This document shows, piece after piece, positions 40,607 to 55,105 of a stretch of 64,000 nucleotides of DNA. How positions within the stretch are numbered: position 1 is the stretch's first letter; every line of letters starts with the position of its first letter. The stretch is from Phoronis australis (taxonomy: Eukaryota; Animalia; Phoronida): NCBI GenBank assembly GCA_002633005.1, contig NMRA01000449.1, positions 248,001 through 312,000 of the forward strand. The letters are read 5' to 3'. The notes beneath the pieces were generated by a model. That model ran no database searches and was not told the DNA's origin. It saw nothing but the letters and a program-made list of their open reading frames with translations. The translations under genes and the position numbers were made by a program.

Positions 40607-43051
40607 TGGGAACATTTCGTATTGAACACTAGACTTTCTGGTGAACACTGAGAGGGCATGGTGCCGGGGGCGGATCCAGGATTTTGAGTTGAGGGGGGCA
40701 GGGCAGATTACTAGCCAGGATTTTGCCCGTCAGACATGTGAACTGCCAAATGGAATCTGGGAGAATTTTAGGGGGGTCATGGTCCCCTTGCCCAAAGGGG
40801 ACCCTTGCCCCCCAAATTAAGTCGCCAATGGGTCAGTGGTCTCCGTGGCTGCTTGTGAGTGACCGTAAGTGTCTTTTGAGTGTAGCCTGTTGGGTAAGTT
40901 CTAGTTTGGTGTTAATTTTTAGTTACACTCAACCTAGCTACTGGGTTACACTGGTGTCGGTAACTCCGCGGTATATCACCACAGCCTTTACACTAAATAT
41001 CTTCGATGTTGAAACAAACACCGGTGTTACACTAATACCCCTGCAATCACTACTTGTAGTGACCGGTTGCTTTGAGTGCAGAACGCAACCCAGCCTTTCA
41101 TTTGTAGACTGATCGTAGCAATCATAGCTAAAAAAAATGTTCAAATGATTTTGAAAACAACAGCGCTTTTGAGATTTCATCTTTTAAGAAAATGCTCATA
41201 TCGGCCGAAATTTCGCAATGTGACGAAGCAGCAGCAGATTCAATAGGTATAACGGTTTAAAATATCAAATTCTATAGGTTTTCTACCTCCAGAAAATGTA
41301 TGTTTTTACTTAGTTGTTTATAGATATTTGATTGAATGCATAGATTTGCGTATAAGGTAACACGTTTTCAAGTTTTCATGCTACTTTTAGAGTTGTTGAC
41401 AGTTGCAGACCGTTGTTTCAGGAAATTGGGAAAGTCGGTTTTTTCTGTTAATAACTCAAAACCGGGCTCAGTTGGGTTCTTTTAAAAATGTACGGTGCTC
41501 TAATTAAGGACCCCGAGTTCACTGAAATCTTGAGCACCAATACAACCTCTTGCTCTAGGCACCAACGGCGGCTCAGTGCTGTTTGTTATGCCTGTCGAGA
41601 ACGTTTGCCATGGTCTTTAGGATATCAATATACTCAGTGTGAATATAGCGCTGCCATAGGCCTACGTTTCACTTTATTAACGCTAATCGTATATGTTGAG
41701 TTTATTAGTTTAACAAGACTTCATATTTAAGCACTCTGTCGAGATGTAGGCTTATAGGTGTACTTACCTGGAGTTCCGCTTTTCAAGAGTTAATTCCAAG
41801 ATAGCCTACTTTATTGTAAATTAAAAACGATGTTTTTAACCACACTCAAGCTAGGCCTTTTTGCCTTTCCAAAACAACGTCATTGTGTTTTATTTCAAGT
41901 TGGAATTTTAGTGCCGCATGTTTACAGCTGTGGCAGTTGGAACTAACCAGCCGCGACAAACAAACTTCATGAACTGGTCTGAGGCGGAATAACCAACTAC
42001 CTGTATCAGTGGATCCCCATATGCCTCCTTTTCTATGTCAGAAATTCGAACAACATGAGACTAGTTTTGCAACCTGATCGGAGGCACAAATAAAAGGATC
42101 ACACACTGTTTATTGTCACATGAACAGCAACGGCCTCCTTTGGAATGGCACATATGCTAGATATTAATAAGTCTGTGTTTTTATCATCAATCTTGTGGCT
42201 TAGTTCAGTATGGAGGTTTGAAACTCTTTGTTTGGCTGAGCTAGTACATTAATTTCTAACTTGATTTTCACTGGTCCTTTCTTAGGCCTCAATGAAGTTG
42301 TCTTGGCACTAGTCATGATCCTGTGCACCGGGATCCCATCAGCATCGACGGACTTGTAAAACCAATCGCAAGAGAACTTGTGTAGTGTACTTATCCCCAC
42401 TATCGGGGCATGAATTTGGAAAAAAGGCCTTCCGGCGGTCAGAGAGACCCCATCCCTGAAGTTACCCACCGCAATCCAAGGAAACCGTTTTAATGCATTT
42501 GCTTAAACGAGTTTTGCAAGCATAACCACAGCACCATATGCCGATATATTTTGTGATCAGCCTGAGTTTCGCCCCACCGCCGGACTGGTTGAAAACGGAA
42601 ATGGAATTATCGTACATTCCGATCCCACAGCATCCCCGTGATAGCATATTTCCGTTACCAACTCAAGCCACAAGCAACTGATGCGTACATGTAACATTTC
42701 ACAATATTGTCACGCCGGTTCATAAAGTCGACGGAGAACGCAGGGTTTTTAGCACGGTCGGACCACGGCGACCAGCTGAGTGGTGATGTGGTTTTTGATG
42801 ACGGTAGTCTTGGTAACCTGAAATCATCACGTTAAGGGGATGAGATTGGTTTTATAAGAGTTGATAATCTAATTCGATCTCTGTTGTAGATAATTAAACC
42901 ACAGATTAAATATGTCCTACTACTAGTATTTAATCTATGGTTATAATCTATAGTAAACCGATCACATACGGTCTCTGATTTCATGCAGGTCAAGACCTTC
43001 AGGTGGCGCTGATCAGGATTTGGCTAATAACTATCATTACCGCGGTACATC

Positions 43052-46000
43052 ATGGCGGCCTCCATGCTCAGAGCAACTTGTAAACTAAACAACTATTATG
43101 CCGACTATCATGCGTATAAGTGTCTTAGACGACTGTTGTCTTCAAGCAATGGTGATTTGTTAGTAAGTATGTCGTCGTTACTTCTGTGAGGCTGAAAGTT
43201 CCACGTACTCGGGGATCATAACCCTGCGCGTTTTCTGCCGGACACACTTTAATCTCATTACAGTCAAGTGACCTAATTATCGGACGTTTTGGCACATTTT
43301 GCATTATATTTAATTGAAAATACTACGGATTGTTGTAAATTCTTTGCTGAAATAAAGACTTACCTTTCTAGAATTGTTGTGTTACTATATCTTGTCACCG
43401 AAAGCCACATTTATGTTCCGACTGAACTTTAAAAAACACAACAAGCAAACCTTCGGAGAACCTAAATATCGGACACCATGTTTCCCCATATGCCACACCG
43501 CGGAAAACTGACTAACCACGTAATGGCCGCGGGCACCTTGTAGCCAAATTTCAGCTCGAGTGTTTTGACATATATGCTGCTAGAACACAGGTCCATTCGC
43601 AACAAAATTATCCATAAAATGAAATCTGATGACGGCGCCAAGTCATTTCGATGAATTAGTGCAGACGACTAAAGCACGTGCAAACTCACTGCAGTTTTTA
43701 TTATCACTTTGGCTTCTTGATATGACACCCGCACGTGCGCGGTCGGGGTTTGACTTGAGTTTAAAAACAAATAAAAAAATGGAACAGTAACATATTGTCA
43801 GTTCAATGAGAAAGTTTCATTGTGGAAAAAGATTTTATTTTCAACTTTTATAACCGATTTATGCGATCGTCCATTTTAGGCCGACTTGGGGGTCTAAATT
43901 GCACCCTCTCTCGGTGAAATCAAAACGAGGCAACGCTGTAAAAAACGAGACGGTGCCGGACATTGAATGCATTACAACGGAACAACAATTAGTGTCATTT
44001 AATTCTCAGATTATGCTTCAAGTAAGATTTTTTGAAATGTCCGATATTTAGATTCCGTCCGATAATTAGGTACACCATGTGTCCTTCATACTAGCTTGCA
44101 TGGATGGTCCACACATGGACCACAGGTACACAAACTGCAGGCACTCTCATCAGCCGCCTGCCGTTGTGTACAAGAGAAATCCAATATGGTCACCAAGCAA
44201 GCGAGTTCTTGCTGTTAGAATTAACGAAACAGTTAAAAATGCACTTCAAATCCATAATTGCAAGTGATGTGAACCTGGTGTTCTGTGACTGTGTGGGCGT
44301 CATGCGGTGCTGTCTTTCTTCTTCTTCTTTTTCGGCACTGGTCAGATATAGCGGTTCGTGATTTAGAGAACCAAGCAGTCACTAAATAACGGGCCCGTTA
44401 ATTAGTCAAAATTAGTGGATAAAACTGGTTTTCAAAATCACGAACTGCTATATCCGACCAGTGCCTTCTTCTTTAGTCCATCAAGCTATTCCAGTTCTAG
44501 GAAAGAATGTCTTTTCCTGTAATATGTCCTATTTATTAGAAGGTTTTAAATAGATCGCCTTCTGGTACTGATGCCAGAGAGAGCAGGATCAGCAACAGGA
44601 GTACCAGTAACATCAGAGTTGATGATCACTGACTTTTACCATACTTTTAAAACATTTTCAGCATACAAATTTTGCATCTGTGAATGAGGGTGGGCCAGTT
44701 TAAAGTTTCTAACATTGATTCAATAGAGGATAGGCAATTGACCTATCGCAAGCTCCGCCCCCTTGCAAAAAGTCACGTGACACCCAACAAACAAACAAGA
44801 TGTCAGAGGCAAATACACTGTCGCTAAACGAAGTTCCTGGTGGAATCGATGAGTGTTTTTGCACATTCCGACAAACCTTCAACAAAGAGAATCCTACGTT
44901 CTTGATGTGGGAATTTGCAAAGGTGATGATGAAAAAATAAGTGTTCGACGAAAAACAAGTTATAGCTCCAAGGCTCCAGAATTGAGAAGTTATTTGAAGT
45001 TATTTAAGAAATTTGATCCCATACTAACAAAGGTAAACATTTAAATTAATAACAGTCGCTTTCAGGAAAAGGTGGGCAAGTTTTGGCAAAATTTGTTTGG
45101 CTTCATCAGGTTAATGGCAAAAACACTTAGGAAACCTTTGTGGATGTTTTGACGAGAAGAAATTGATGAGACTTTTTGAAAAATAATAGTGCAAATCTCA
45201 AGTCCAGCTTGAATGGCTTACTGAGGGTCTGAAGTCTCCAGTTTTGAAAATGGCTTTAGACTTGTGAGTGACTCATCAAAGGTTGCTAATAGTATTGTAC
45301 TGCATACATTTCAGTCCAAAAAGGTGAGGTTTGCTGACTGCCCAGACCGGGTATTCTCAGGTATTCAGCCAACAGGAGTTCCACATATTGGTAATTACCT
45401 TGGAGCTATCAAGCCCTGGGCAGAGCTCCAGCACAGACATGAAGACATCGTGTACAGTGTTGTCAATATGCACTCTGTTACAGTACCACAGGACCCTGAC
45501 ATCTTGAGGTATGTCACACAAAACAACAGAACCAATAACTTTGAATTGACAGCATTCACAATTTCTTTGGTCTATTTGTTTCTTGAGATCCATGGATGAC
45601 CCAAGCAATTTTTGTGCAGTGAAAAAACTGTGTTGACAGTACAACACATTGGCTTAGACCATGGACTGTAGCTTTTTGAGGCGCGAACCCTATTTATTGC
45701 AGCCATTTGGGCATCTGGAGCCTGATGTGGTGTGAATGTATTAAAGGCCTGTATGAATGTATTATGGTAGCCATTCCTAGTGCTAATGAGACATTCCTTG
45801 TTAATAAGATTTTTAAAAATTTTGAATGTTCCTTATGTTTTCTTTATAGTATGTTGTCTTGTCTAAGGGTTCATGTAAACAAAGAGGTAGGTGCCTCAAA
45901 TGCAGATGAGCTCACTTCACAGTTCACATCTGCAACAAAATGTACTGTGAGGATTTTGCCATGGAGTTGAAATTCTTTGAGTGTAAACTTCAAAGCACAC

Positions 46001-49000
46001 GGGCGACATGAGCTAAGTGCTTAACTGATTACTTTGGGTTGCCAATGAAAATTAGTAGCTGCATCACCAGACAACAGCAAATCTCTCGGGTGCTCATTGT
46101 AACCATGTGTATTATATTTACACCTGATTACTGTCAGTGAGCAGTTTGCCTCACTATGTGCTGGTAACTGTTGAAGCAGACTGGTGAGATAGAAGCTGTT
46201 TGTCTACAATGACCCTTATTCCTTAGGGAAGTACATGCACACCACTGTAGCCAATTTCTGTGTGTTTATAATTACAGGACAAACATCCACGAAATGGTAT
46301 GTTGCTTGATTGCTTGTGGAATTGATGTCAACAAGACAACACTGTTTCTACAATCTGACGTAAGTTAGTGTAGTAGTGAAACTGAATCACAGAATTGTTT
46401 GTTATTTTTCCACTTAGCAAAACATTTGTTTCCAAGCACCACATAGACTTTCATGGTATAAAATAGCAAATTTAAACTTCTTCCTCGCAAACCACAAGAT
46501 CATTCTTTCCTTATAGCATAAACATATTTCCAGGTGATCAGTGCAATGGGCCCACATGCGAGGCCTGCGAATGTCTGATACAACGTGTATCAGACCACCT
46601 GCAATTGTTGGTCTTTATGGCAGATTTCTTCTCAGTGCACCACTTTTTAACTCTGAAGCAGATGCCTGTTACAATGTATCAAAACTGTTTCTGTACAACT
46701 GAGTTCAAATAAGAGGAAACAGCTCATGAAAAAGGAGTTGTGTTCATGAGAAAAAATAAGCTCTAAGTGTATCTCTGTTGATAAAGACTGGTTACTGAGG
46801 CAGTTTCTATATCTTAGCACACACCACATCTTTATATTTCCCTTGCGACACCTGTGGGATGAAGGAATTTTTGCGTGGCCTGAAACTAAATACAGTCAGT
46901 AATTGCAGTTGGCACAAAAAATCGTGGGACCTATTTTAACAAGATTAGAGGGCTCTTTGTTAATTATTCACTACAGACTTTTAAGCAAATTTAAAAGTTG
47001 TTATTAGTGAAGCTATGTCACAAACAACCCAAATATTATTCATTATGCTGTTAGGTGACTGACTTGCTAAAAATGAACAAATTTTTAAACTGAATTGTTA
47101 GCTACTGGCAGATATAAAGACAAGTCATACACTGTGAGTGAGAACATTCTGTTTGAGTGTGCACAATGTGTTTGTGAAACGGCTCTCATTAGCAATGTTT
47201 CCCATTTCACAACATATCCTACTTTGGCAGTAGATTTTTTTGTAGAAAAATAGTCATCATCTTCATCAACTCTTGATATCAAGAACATTGATCTAAGTTC
47301 TTTTTCGCGTTGAGCTAAGCAATTATCGCATTAATCTTCTCTTTGCTACAGAAATTTAACACCGCAGTGTAGTACTGAAATATTTTTTATTTCAACTTCA
47401 GCATTATGAACCACTCACCATCATGCAATACTTATTCATTGGGTGACGACTATCCACTCATTACTTATTGGCTAAAAACAAGACATCTATTCCCTTTTTC
47501 CAGGTTCCTGAACATACTGGTCTCTCTTGGATCTTCAGCTGTCTCATCAATATGAGTCGACTGGCCTTGCTACCTCAGTGGAAAACAAAGACAGACAACC
47601 TGCGGGAGGTGGGAGTTGGCTTTTTGACCTATCCAGTACTACAGAGTGCTGACATCCTGCTCTATAAGTGAGTCTCACTCTGTGACAAACTAATCACCAT
47701 CATTATTGTCACTCTTAGTCATCATCATTATCATCACTGCTGCTATTGGCTAAACTCCCTTGGTCTTTAAAATGGTTTTATTTCAACTGAATGTTTAATT
47801 TGATCTTGAATGGGTTTTACGCTATTCTCTTTAGTTTTTGAAACACTGTGTACTGTACTGTTGCTATTAGAAACACTCGGTATAGTGCTGCTTTTGGAAA
47901 CACCAAGTATTGTACTGTTGCTATGGGAAACACTAGGTATTGTGCTGCTGTTTTTGGGAACACCATGTATTGTACTGTTGCTATTGGAAGTTGACTTTGG
48001 ATTGGCTGTGAAGGTCTTTTTCAGAACAGATGTGATGCAGTGCTTTGGCCAACATGATTACCTATAGGATCTTAGCAGATGAACTTGACTTCACATTATC
48101 ATAATAGCCATATTTCATGCAGTGTAGTCAAGACTATTCACTCTGATGTTGAACTTCTTTGTACTCGTCAAGAGAAATTTCTCGAAAGTATTGAATGACT
48201 TAAAAATTGCGATGAATAATTTTGGCTATAACAGTGTTTGAAGACATGTGTCATAAGATTCATTTTTGAATGTTTCCACATTACAATACCTTGAAAATTG
48301 TCCTACTCTGTCATCACAGTAGTCATGCGCGTGCACATGTCCATATTACAATACCTAGACTGATTATGCTACTCTGTCATCACAGTAGTCATGCGTGTGC
48401 ACATGTCCATATTACAATACCTAGACTGGTTGTCCCACTCTGTCATCACAGTAGCCATGCGTGTGCACATGTCCATATTACAATACCTTGACTGATTGTG
48501 CTACTCTGTCATCACAGTAGTCATGCGCGTGCACATGTCCATATTACAATACCTAGACTGATTTTGCTACTCTGTCATTACAGTAGTCATGCGTGTGTGC
48601 ATGTCCATATTACAATACCTAGACTGATTGTGCTACAACTCTGTTATCACGGTAGTCATGCATGTGCACATGTCCATATTACAATACCTAGACTGACTGT
48701 GCTACTCTGTCATCACAGTAGTCATGCCTGTGCACATGTCCATATTACAATACCTAGACTGATTGTGCTACTCTGTCATCACAGTAGTCATGCATGTGTG
48801 TGTGTCACTTCCTAATTATCTCTATTTCAGAGCTAATCTCGTCCCAGTGGGTGAAGATCAAGTGATTCACGTTGTCCTCACCAGTGACATTGCCCGTATA
48901 TTTAACCAGCGCTTTGGTTTGTTCTTTCCCAAGCCAGAGCCTATCATAGGTAACGACTTTTTGCCAAAGTTGTTTAATGTCTTTTTTGAAAGATTCTGCT

Positions 49001-50259
49001 GCCGCTACTTGTTGAAAAGGGATTTTCCATAAAGAGCAAGAGTTGAAAAGACTCTTCACCCTGCTTTAGCTGATATTAAAATTCTTTGCAACAAATTAAT
49101 GCTCTCCAAAACTTATCAATCTCATAGGTTTGGAAAGTGCGTGCAAAGGGGGACTGTTTTTAGCTTGAATGGTTTTATTTCAGATTTTGGATTATTATGT
49201 ATTTCTTAAAACAGGTGTAATTATGCAATGTCAGGTAAATTAGTTTTGGATGGAATTGCCAAAAGAGGGCGTAGTACCTTTTAAGATCTCTAAACCATTA
49301 AATATGACCCCTTTGGGATTTATTTAGTTTACAGATGCATAAATATTGAAAGAATTCTGCAAAATTGGGTTCTTTGGTTGAAACTGTGTACAGTGTGACT
49401 TATTGAATTGTCACTTAGCTTTATGTCATCAGTCTTTCATAAGCAGTGCATGTTTGACATTCCTGAAGCTAGTATGGATCTGTGCATACGGCCTGAGATA
49501 TATGTTTGATATGTAAATAGTAATATAAATTGAACGGTGTTTCACAGTATAATTATAATTAATAATAACATTTTTATGCTTGCGTACATTAATATTTAAT
49601 CAACATAAAAATAGATGTTTAGCGATCACATATTGAAGGTAATAAAATCATTGTTTTAAATGTTTGACAATTCTGTGACAGTGTGACATCTTTTTCTGTA
49701 GTGGTTTATTTTGCAATTCTATGATACATTTAAGCATTGTTCGAGTTTCTTATTTTCAAATTTACTGCTGTGGTTTCGTTGACACCAGCATTGCTAATTT
49801 CTCCTTTTAGGGAGTGCAAAACGAGTCAAAAGTCTCAGGGACCCAGCCAAGAAAATGAGCAAATCGGATAAAGATGTGAAGAGCTGCATTCTTCTTACTG
49901 ACTCCGATGATGAAATACGAAACAAATTTAAAAAAGCAGTGACTGACTTTACATCTGCAGTGACCTATGACCCCTACAATAGACCAGGTGTGTCCAACAT
50001 GATTGACATTCATTGCGAGTTCACCGGACTGACCCCTAGTGAAGTGTGTGAACAAAGTCTGGGGCTGGAAACTGCGCAGTACAAACTTGTGGTTGCTGAC
50101 ATTGTTAGTGAGAATTTGAAGCCCATAAGAGATGAGGTGGTGAGACTGAGGCAAGACCGAGGTTATATTGAGCAGGTGTTGCTGAAGGGAGCAGAAGCAG
50201 CAAGGGAGATAGCTGTGAAGAACTATGATGACATTAAACAGCTTGTTGGTTTTAGGTAG
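43052..50259 (+). CDS. WARS2: Mitochondrial tryptophanyl-tRNA synthetase, 372 aa
   Basis: Exons 43052-43162 ([12 protein letters not shown]... transit-like peptide), 45315-45508 ([23 protein letters not shown]-type motif), 46278-46359, 47504-47667 ([14 protein letters not shown]), 48831-48949 (VPVGEDQ), 49811-50259 (KMSKS; [10 protein letters not shown]). GT-AG, 1119 nt in frame. Confidence 0.95.
43261..44080. mobile_element. MITE in WARS2 intron 1
   Basis: Inverted termini GTGACCTAATTATCGGACG / CGTCCGATAATTAGGTACAC, plus internal inverted CTAAATATCGGACA / TGTCCGATATTTAG. Confidence 0.55.
44334..44465. repeat. ~130-bp inverted repeat (mini-MITE)
   Basis: GGCACTGGTCAGATATAGCGGTTCGTGATTT / AAATCACGAACTGCTATATCCGACCAGTGCC. 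Confidence 0.8.
47840..47990. repeat. Degenerate ~30-bp tandem repeat x ~5
   Basis: GAAACAC..GTATTGTACTGTTGCTAT units. Confidence 0.8.
48280..48800. repeat. Minisatellite, 66 bp x ~8, in WARS2 intron 4
   Basis: ATTACAATACCTAGACTGATTGTGCTACTCTGTCATCACAGTAGTCATGCGTGTGCACATGTCCAT repeated. Confidence 0.95.
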
Positions 50260-50689
50260 CACTGCGCTGTGAGTATAGAGATTGTTTACGACTGTCAATA
50301 TGGGATGTGATTTCATTCTCCGTGCAATGACAAATATCTAACAGAAATCCGAAAATCTAATGTTTAAATTCTGCTTTTATGATCAGCCACTGCACGCAAG
50401 CAGGCCTATCCATTACATTCTTGCAGCCTATATTATCTGGCCTAACAAGCATTCTATACAATAAGCTAACTTGATTTACATCACTACCCGTGGCAAAATT
50501 GGTCTCAGCTCATTCTTTATTGGATGAGAAGTGATTTTTGAGTTTGCAAAGAACTGACAGTTTGTTATTGCTTGAGACCATGCTCGGCATATAAGTGACA
50601 CCTTGTGGCAAGCCATCTTGTAGAACATGGTGTTGAGCTATGATGAGCTGAAAGTTGTTTCGAAGTTTTGAAATCACCTCTAGTCTTAC

Positions 50690-51044
50690 CATAGACTATA
50701 GTACATGGACTGCCAAGTCGGTGTATTTTCAATGGACGAAATCTGTGATCTTATGCAGATGCCCTGACGTCATTATTCGCTAGCAAATTTTACTTCAGGC
50801 AAGTACATCATCTACTAATCTTGGTTGGCTGTTGTGTGGTCGGGTGCTTAAAGTACTCATGATACCAACAGTTCTACTATTGGAAGACTTAACAGCGTTT
50901 CAATGCCGGAATTTTTTTTCGATATACTGGGCAGTAAAATAGATGAGAGAACTTGACTCTAATCGGAATTAGGAGAGTGGCGCCTTCTCTAGGACACTAC
51001 GCAAGAAAATGTTGGTGTTGCGAATACGTTGTCTATAATCTATG
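50690..51044. mobile_element. P-like MITE (355 bp)
   Basis: Same CATAGAYTATAG TIRs, with a 7-bp TSD GTCTTAC/GTTTTAC. The empty site GTTTTGC is present in the duplicate copy at 54091-54097. Confidence 0.75.
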
Positions 51045-51974
51045 GTTTTACCAACAGTCTATATCTGAAGCTGCTTGTGATGGATGAAGGGTTACAAGTG
51101 ACATTGATCTGATGAAACAAACCTCAGTTTTCCCTGTGTTTGTTGTTTGTGTTTCATTAAGAACAAATTTGTTGTAATTGTTGTCCTTGACACAATATCC
51201 ATGAAAAGCCATTCAAACAGCAATTAGCTGAATTTGAATTGTTGTGAAATTGCTCATAATTGTTCAAGTCAATGTTTGCAAGTTCCTGTCAATATCAGTT
51301 ATACACTGTTTTCCCGTAGTGTATTTTAGAAAGGCATTGATATGAGACAATTGACAGAACTTCAAAGTTAAGCATCAGTTCATTTGTGCAGTGCTTAATA
51401 TTGCGGTGGCAAGACAAAATAAGGCATGGATGCCGAAGTTTTATGTACCACTGTCAGTGGATCTCTGAACTTTGCAATATGCCCATGCCATGGGTCACAC
51501 TTTAAAAAGAGTCCTTGGATTCGTCTGGTATATATAGGCATAGACACAGGTGCAGTTAAACTAACGCCAGTGGAAAGAAGACTAAGTCAATGCTATTTAT
51601 TTATGTATCATTTTTACAGTAAAAGATGTTTCCCATGGCATCTTCGCTTTTCCGTCATGGTCAGTTACTTCAGCTGAAATTTAAACGAAATTGTGGAAGG
51701 CTTTGAGTGGAGATTTTTTCGTCATCTTCAGTTTTTTGTGGGTGAACTAAAAAAATTAATGTGTTTACAAAATAAATCGGACATACTCCATAAAAGGTGG
51801 TCGATAATCTGGTTATACAACGAAGACTTTCTGTCTAATGTAAAAGAGAGAGAATTTTTGAGAGCTATGAACTGCGCAAGTATAATCGTGATATCTCGCT
51901 CTGACCAGGCTATTCTTTACGTGTTTATATAAAGTTTGGCCAACATAATCTTGCATGATTCTGAATCTGTTAAA

Positions 51975-52147
51975 CTATCTAGAGACTAAACTGTTTGATA
52001 ATTTACTAACATACCCTCTACGCCTGTAACAGTAGCATGTTCCTCCACTGCAGTAACCCCCAGTTCGTCCTCTGTATCGGCAATGCATGTCGCAGGCAGC
52101 CTCACTTCTCAGGACGTCGCAGGTAAATCGGCGGCTTCTTTCGATCT
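51975..52147 (-). CDS. Defensin mature-peptide exon (copy 1); no dedicated signal exon found
   Basis: Acceptor GATCACAG|AG (phase 1), then EIERSRR|FTCDVLRSEAACDMHCRYRGRTGGYCSGGTCYCYRRRGYVSKLSNSLVSR*. All six Cys intact. Confidence 0.8.
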
Positions 52148-53464
52148 CTGTGATCAAGTCATTGCAGTCAGTGCACAGTTTTCATAATTTCCTCGTTTAA
52201 CAATATCGTCAGTCATTCAAAAGAAAGTGTACTCCTTAAATGCGCTTTTCAAATTAGGGGCCAAAAACATTTGAACGCCATTACGTCAAGGGTAAAAAGA
52301 ACGTTTCAATGCCNTTTAGAGCGTGAAACATTCTTTTCGAACCTCATTAGGAGTGATTCGAAATTCTCTTTGCATTACTTAAATCGATTAAAGATTTGTT
52401 TTAGCGACACGTTTTTTCGACAGGATGAAAAGGGTACTCGTAGTGACGCCATTATGGATAAAATATAAATGAGCAAAATAAATTAATTTTCTGCCAAGAT
52501 GTGCAGTAAAAAGTGCCACAACATATGCCGTAGGACATCTCGATCATGTCCTTAAAACAGATCATCGACCCCTCAATCCACGACCCCCATGGCCCTCAAC
52601 CTCCATTGCACACAACCCTCGACCCACTGTGTGAACATATAGCCATAGAGCAAGCGCTGACTTGCAGGATCAACAAGTCTGGCCGTGAGCTCGGGTGGCC
52701 TTTTCTTTTCTTGCAACTACTAGAGTCTATTCGGCAAGTTTGAAAATAAAAAACAGAAACAAAAACAACGCGACCAAATCAAATCAAAGACCTACCAAAG
52801 TTACAGATGTCGATCCTGGCAGAATGTAATCGTCTCCTCTGCTTATCAGTGACTGGCAGAATCAAGCTTTTTTGGGAGAGTGCGAGGAACCGACGAATGT
52901 GTAATGGCACCAGTAAATACAGTTTAAAAAAACAAACTGTTAACTAAAAAAGTATCTCAACGTTACGTTTACAACAAAAAGCAAAGAAATGTGAAATTAC
53001 GTGCATTCACGTTCACGTACTCTCTCCCTAAAATTAGACGAATATTGGGCCATTGGTAGCCGCTCGAGGAGCTGTTTCTGTATCAACGATACATGCACAT
53101 GTTTAAAAGGTCACTTCAGACTTGCCATAAATGAGATATTCAACCGTAACTCCTTTAAGACTAGGGGAGCCGTTCTTCTTAACTCTATCAAAACAAAGTT
53201 ACTAACCATGTCGGTTAAACTAATTCATCAAAATCCTGCTGACAAAGCTTATTGTAACCGTGAGAACAACCACCTCCGGAAATCGGGTCGTTGACAAAGT
53301 CATCACAACTCTGCGTAATATTGGAGAAATGAGAAACAAATTTGTTGGCAGAGTAAAGTCTATTTGTCTTCCTATTCCAAATATTACGCGCAAATCTGGA
53401 ACTGTCCCTACCAAGAAGATCATCTCATGATGTAAAATGTCATTACCAAAATAAAGGCCTCTCC

Positions 53465-53660
53465 GGAAACTGCGCAGTACAAACTTGTGGTTGCTGACAT
53501 TGTTAGTGAGAATTTGAAGCCCATAAGAGATGAGGTGGTGAGACTGAGGCAAGACCGAGGTTATATTGAGCAGGTGTTGCTGAAGGGAGCAGAAGCAGCA
53601 AGGGAGATAGCTGGGAAAAACTATATTCATACTAAAAAATAATTGTTGGTTTTAGAAAGC
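53465..53660 (+). pseudogene. Duplicated fragment of the WARS2 last exon
   Basis: 53465-53613 is identical to 50067-50215 ([13 protein letters not shown]...AAREIA), then diverges. It has no upstream part of the exon. Confidence 0.9.
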
Positions 53661-55105
53661 TCTGTGCTGTGGTTGTGCGTATTAATTGGTTAGGAGTGCC
53701 AGTAATGGGTGTGTTTTATTTTCTCCGTGCAATGACAAAATATCTAACAGAGATCCAAAAATCTAATTTTTATATTCTGCTTTTATGATCAGCCACTGCA
53801 CGCAAGCAGGCCTATCCATTACATTCTTGCAGCCTATATTATCTGGCCTAACAAGCATTCCATACTATAAGCAAACTTTTGATTTACATCACTACCCGTG
53901 GTAAAATTGGTCTCAACTCATTCTTTATTGGATGAAAAGTGGTTTTTGAGCTTGCAAGGAACTGGCATTTTGTTATTGCTTGAGACCATGCTCGGCATAT
54001 AAGTGACACCTTGTGGCAAGTCATCTTGTAGAACATGGTGTTGAGCTATGATGAGCTGACAGTTGTTTCGAAGATCTGAAATCACCTCTAGTTTTGCCAA
54101 CAGTCCATGCCTAAAGCTGCTTTTGTGACGGAATACGGGTTACGACTGATAAGGTTATCGTATGAAACAAACCTCAGTATTCCCTGTATTTGTTGTGGAA
54201 ATTAGATTTAGAATAAAGATATAATTGTTGTCCTTGACACAATAACCATAAAAAAGCCATTCAGTCGAGTAATTGAGTTTGAGTGAGATGGTGAATGGCT
54301 CATAATTATTCCTGTCAATATTTGCAAGTTCCTGTCAATATCAATTATAGATACACACAATTAATCTTCTCAGAGTTCATTTAGAAAAGCGTTGATATGA
54401 GACAATTGACAGAACTTCCGAGCTAGACGCCAGTTTAATTGTGCAGTGCCTAATATTGCGGCGACAAAACAAAATAAGGCGCGGATGCCGAAGTTTGATG
54501 TACCACAGTCAGTGGATCACTGAACTCTGCAATATGCCCATGCCATGGGTCATGTTTTAAAAAGAGTCCTTGGATTCTTCTGGTATATTTAGGCACAGAC
54601 ACAGGTGCAGTTAAAATAACGCTAATGGAAAGAACATTTAAATCAATGCTATCTATTTATTTCCTATTATGGTCTAGGGACAATAAAAGAGGTTTTCCAT
54701 GGTATCTTCTCTCTTCCGCCATGGTCAGTTACTTCAGCTGAAATTAAAACGAAATTATGGAAGCATTACGTTGAGCTTCAGATTGCTCGTCATCTGAAAC
54801 GAGGCAGGAAGCTGTTTTTTGTGGGCGAGTCAGTATAGAAAGCTGAACGCTATGAATTAACGTATTTACAGAATTAATAGAATTAATCATACATGTTCCA
54901 GAAAAGGTGGTCGATAGTCTGCTTATGCGCGGAAGATTATCTGTAGATATAAATGGATTGTAAAATGAGAGGGAATTTTGCGTGCTATTAAAGCCGCAAA
55001 TATAATCGTGGAATCTCGCGATACTTTACGTGTGTATATAAAGGTTGATCAATGTAATCCTGCATGATTCCTAATCTATTAAACTATTAAGAAGCTAAAA
55101 TTGTT

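Noticed and set aside
41761-41772. TACTTACCTGG, like the U1 snRNA 5' end
   Set aside because: No further U1 similarity; better read as a minus-strand splice donor.
48270-48815. His/Cys-rich repetitive ORFs ([20 protein letters not shown])
   Set aside because: By-product of a 66-bp (3n) minisatellite inside WARS2 intron 4.
49807-50316. 169-aa minus-strand ORF (also 53220-53630, 5082-5420, 23176-23475)
   Set aside because: Antisense shadows of real coding exons.
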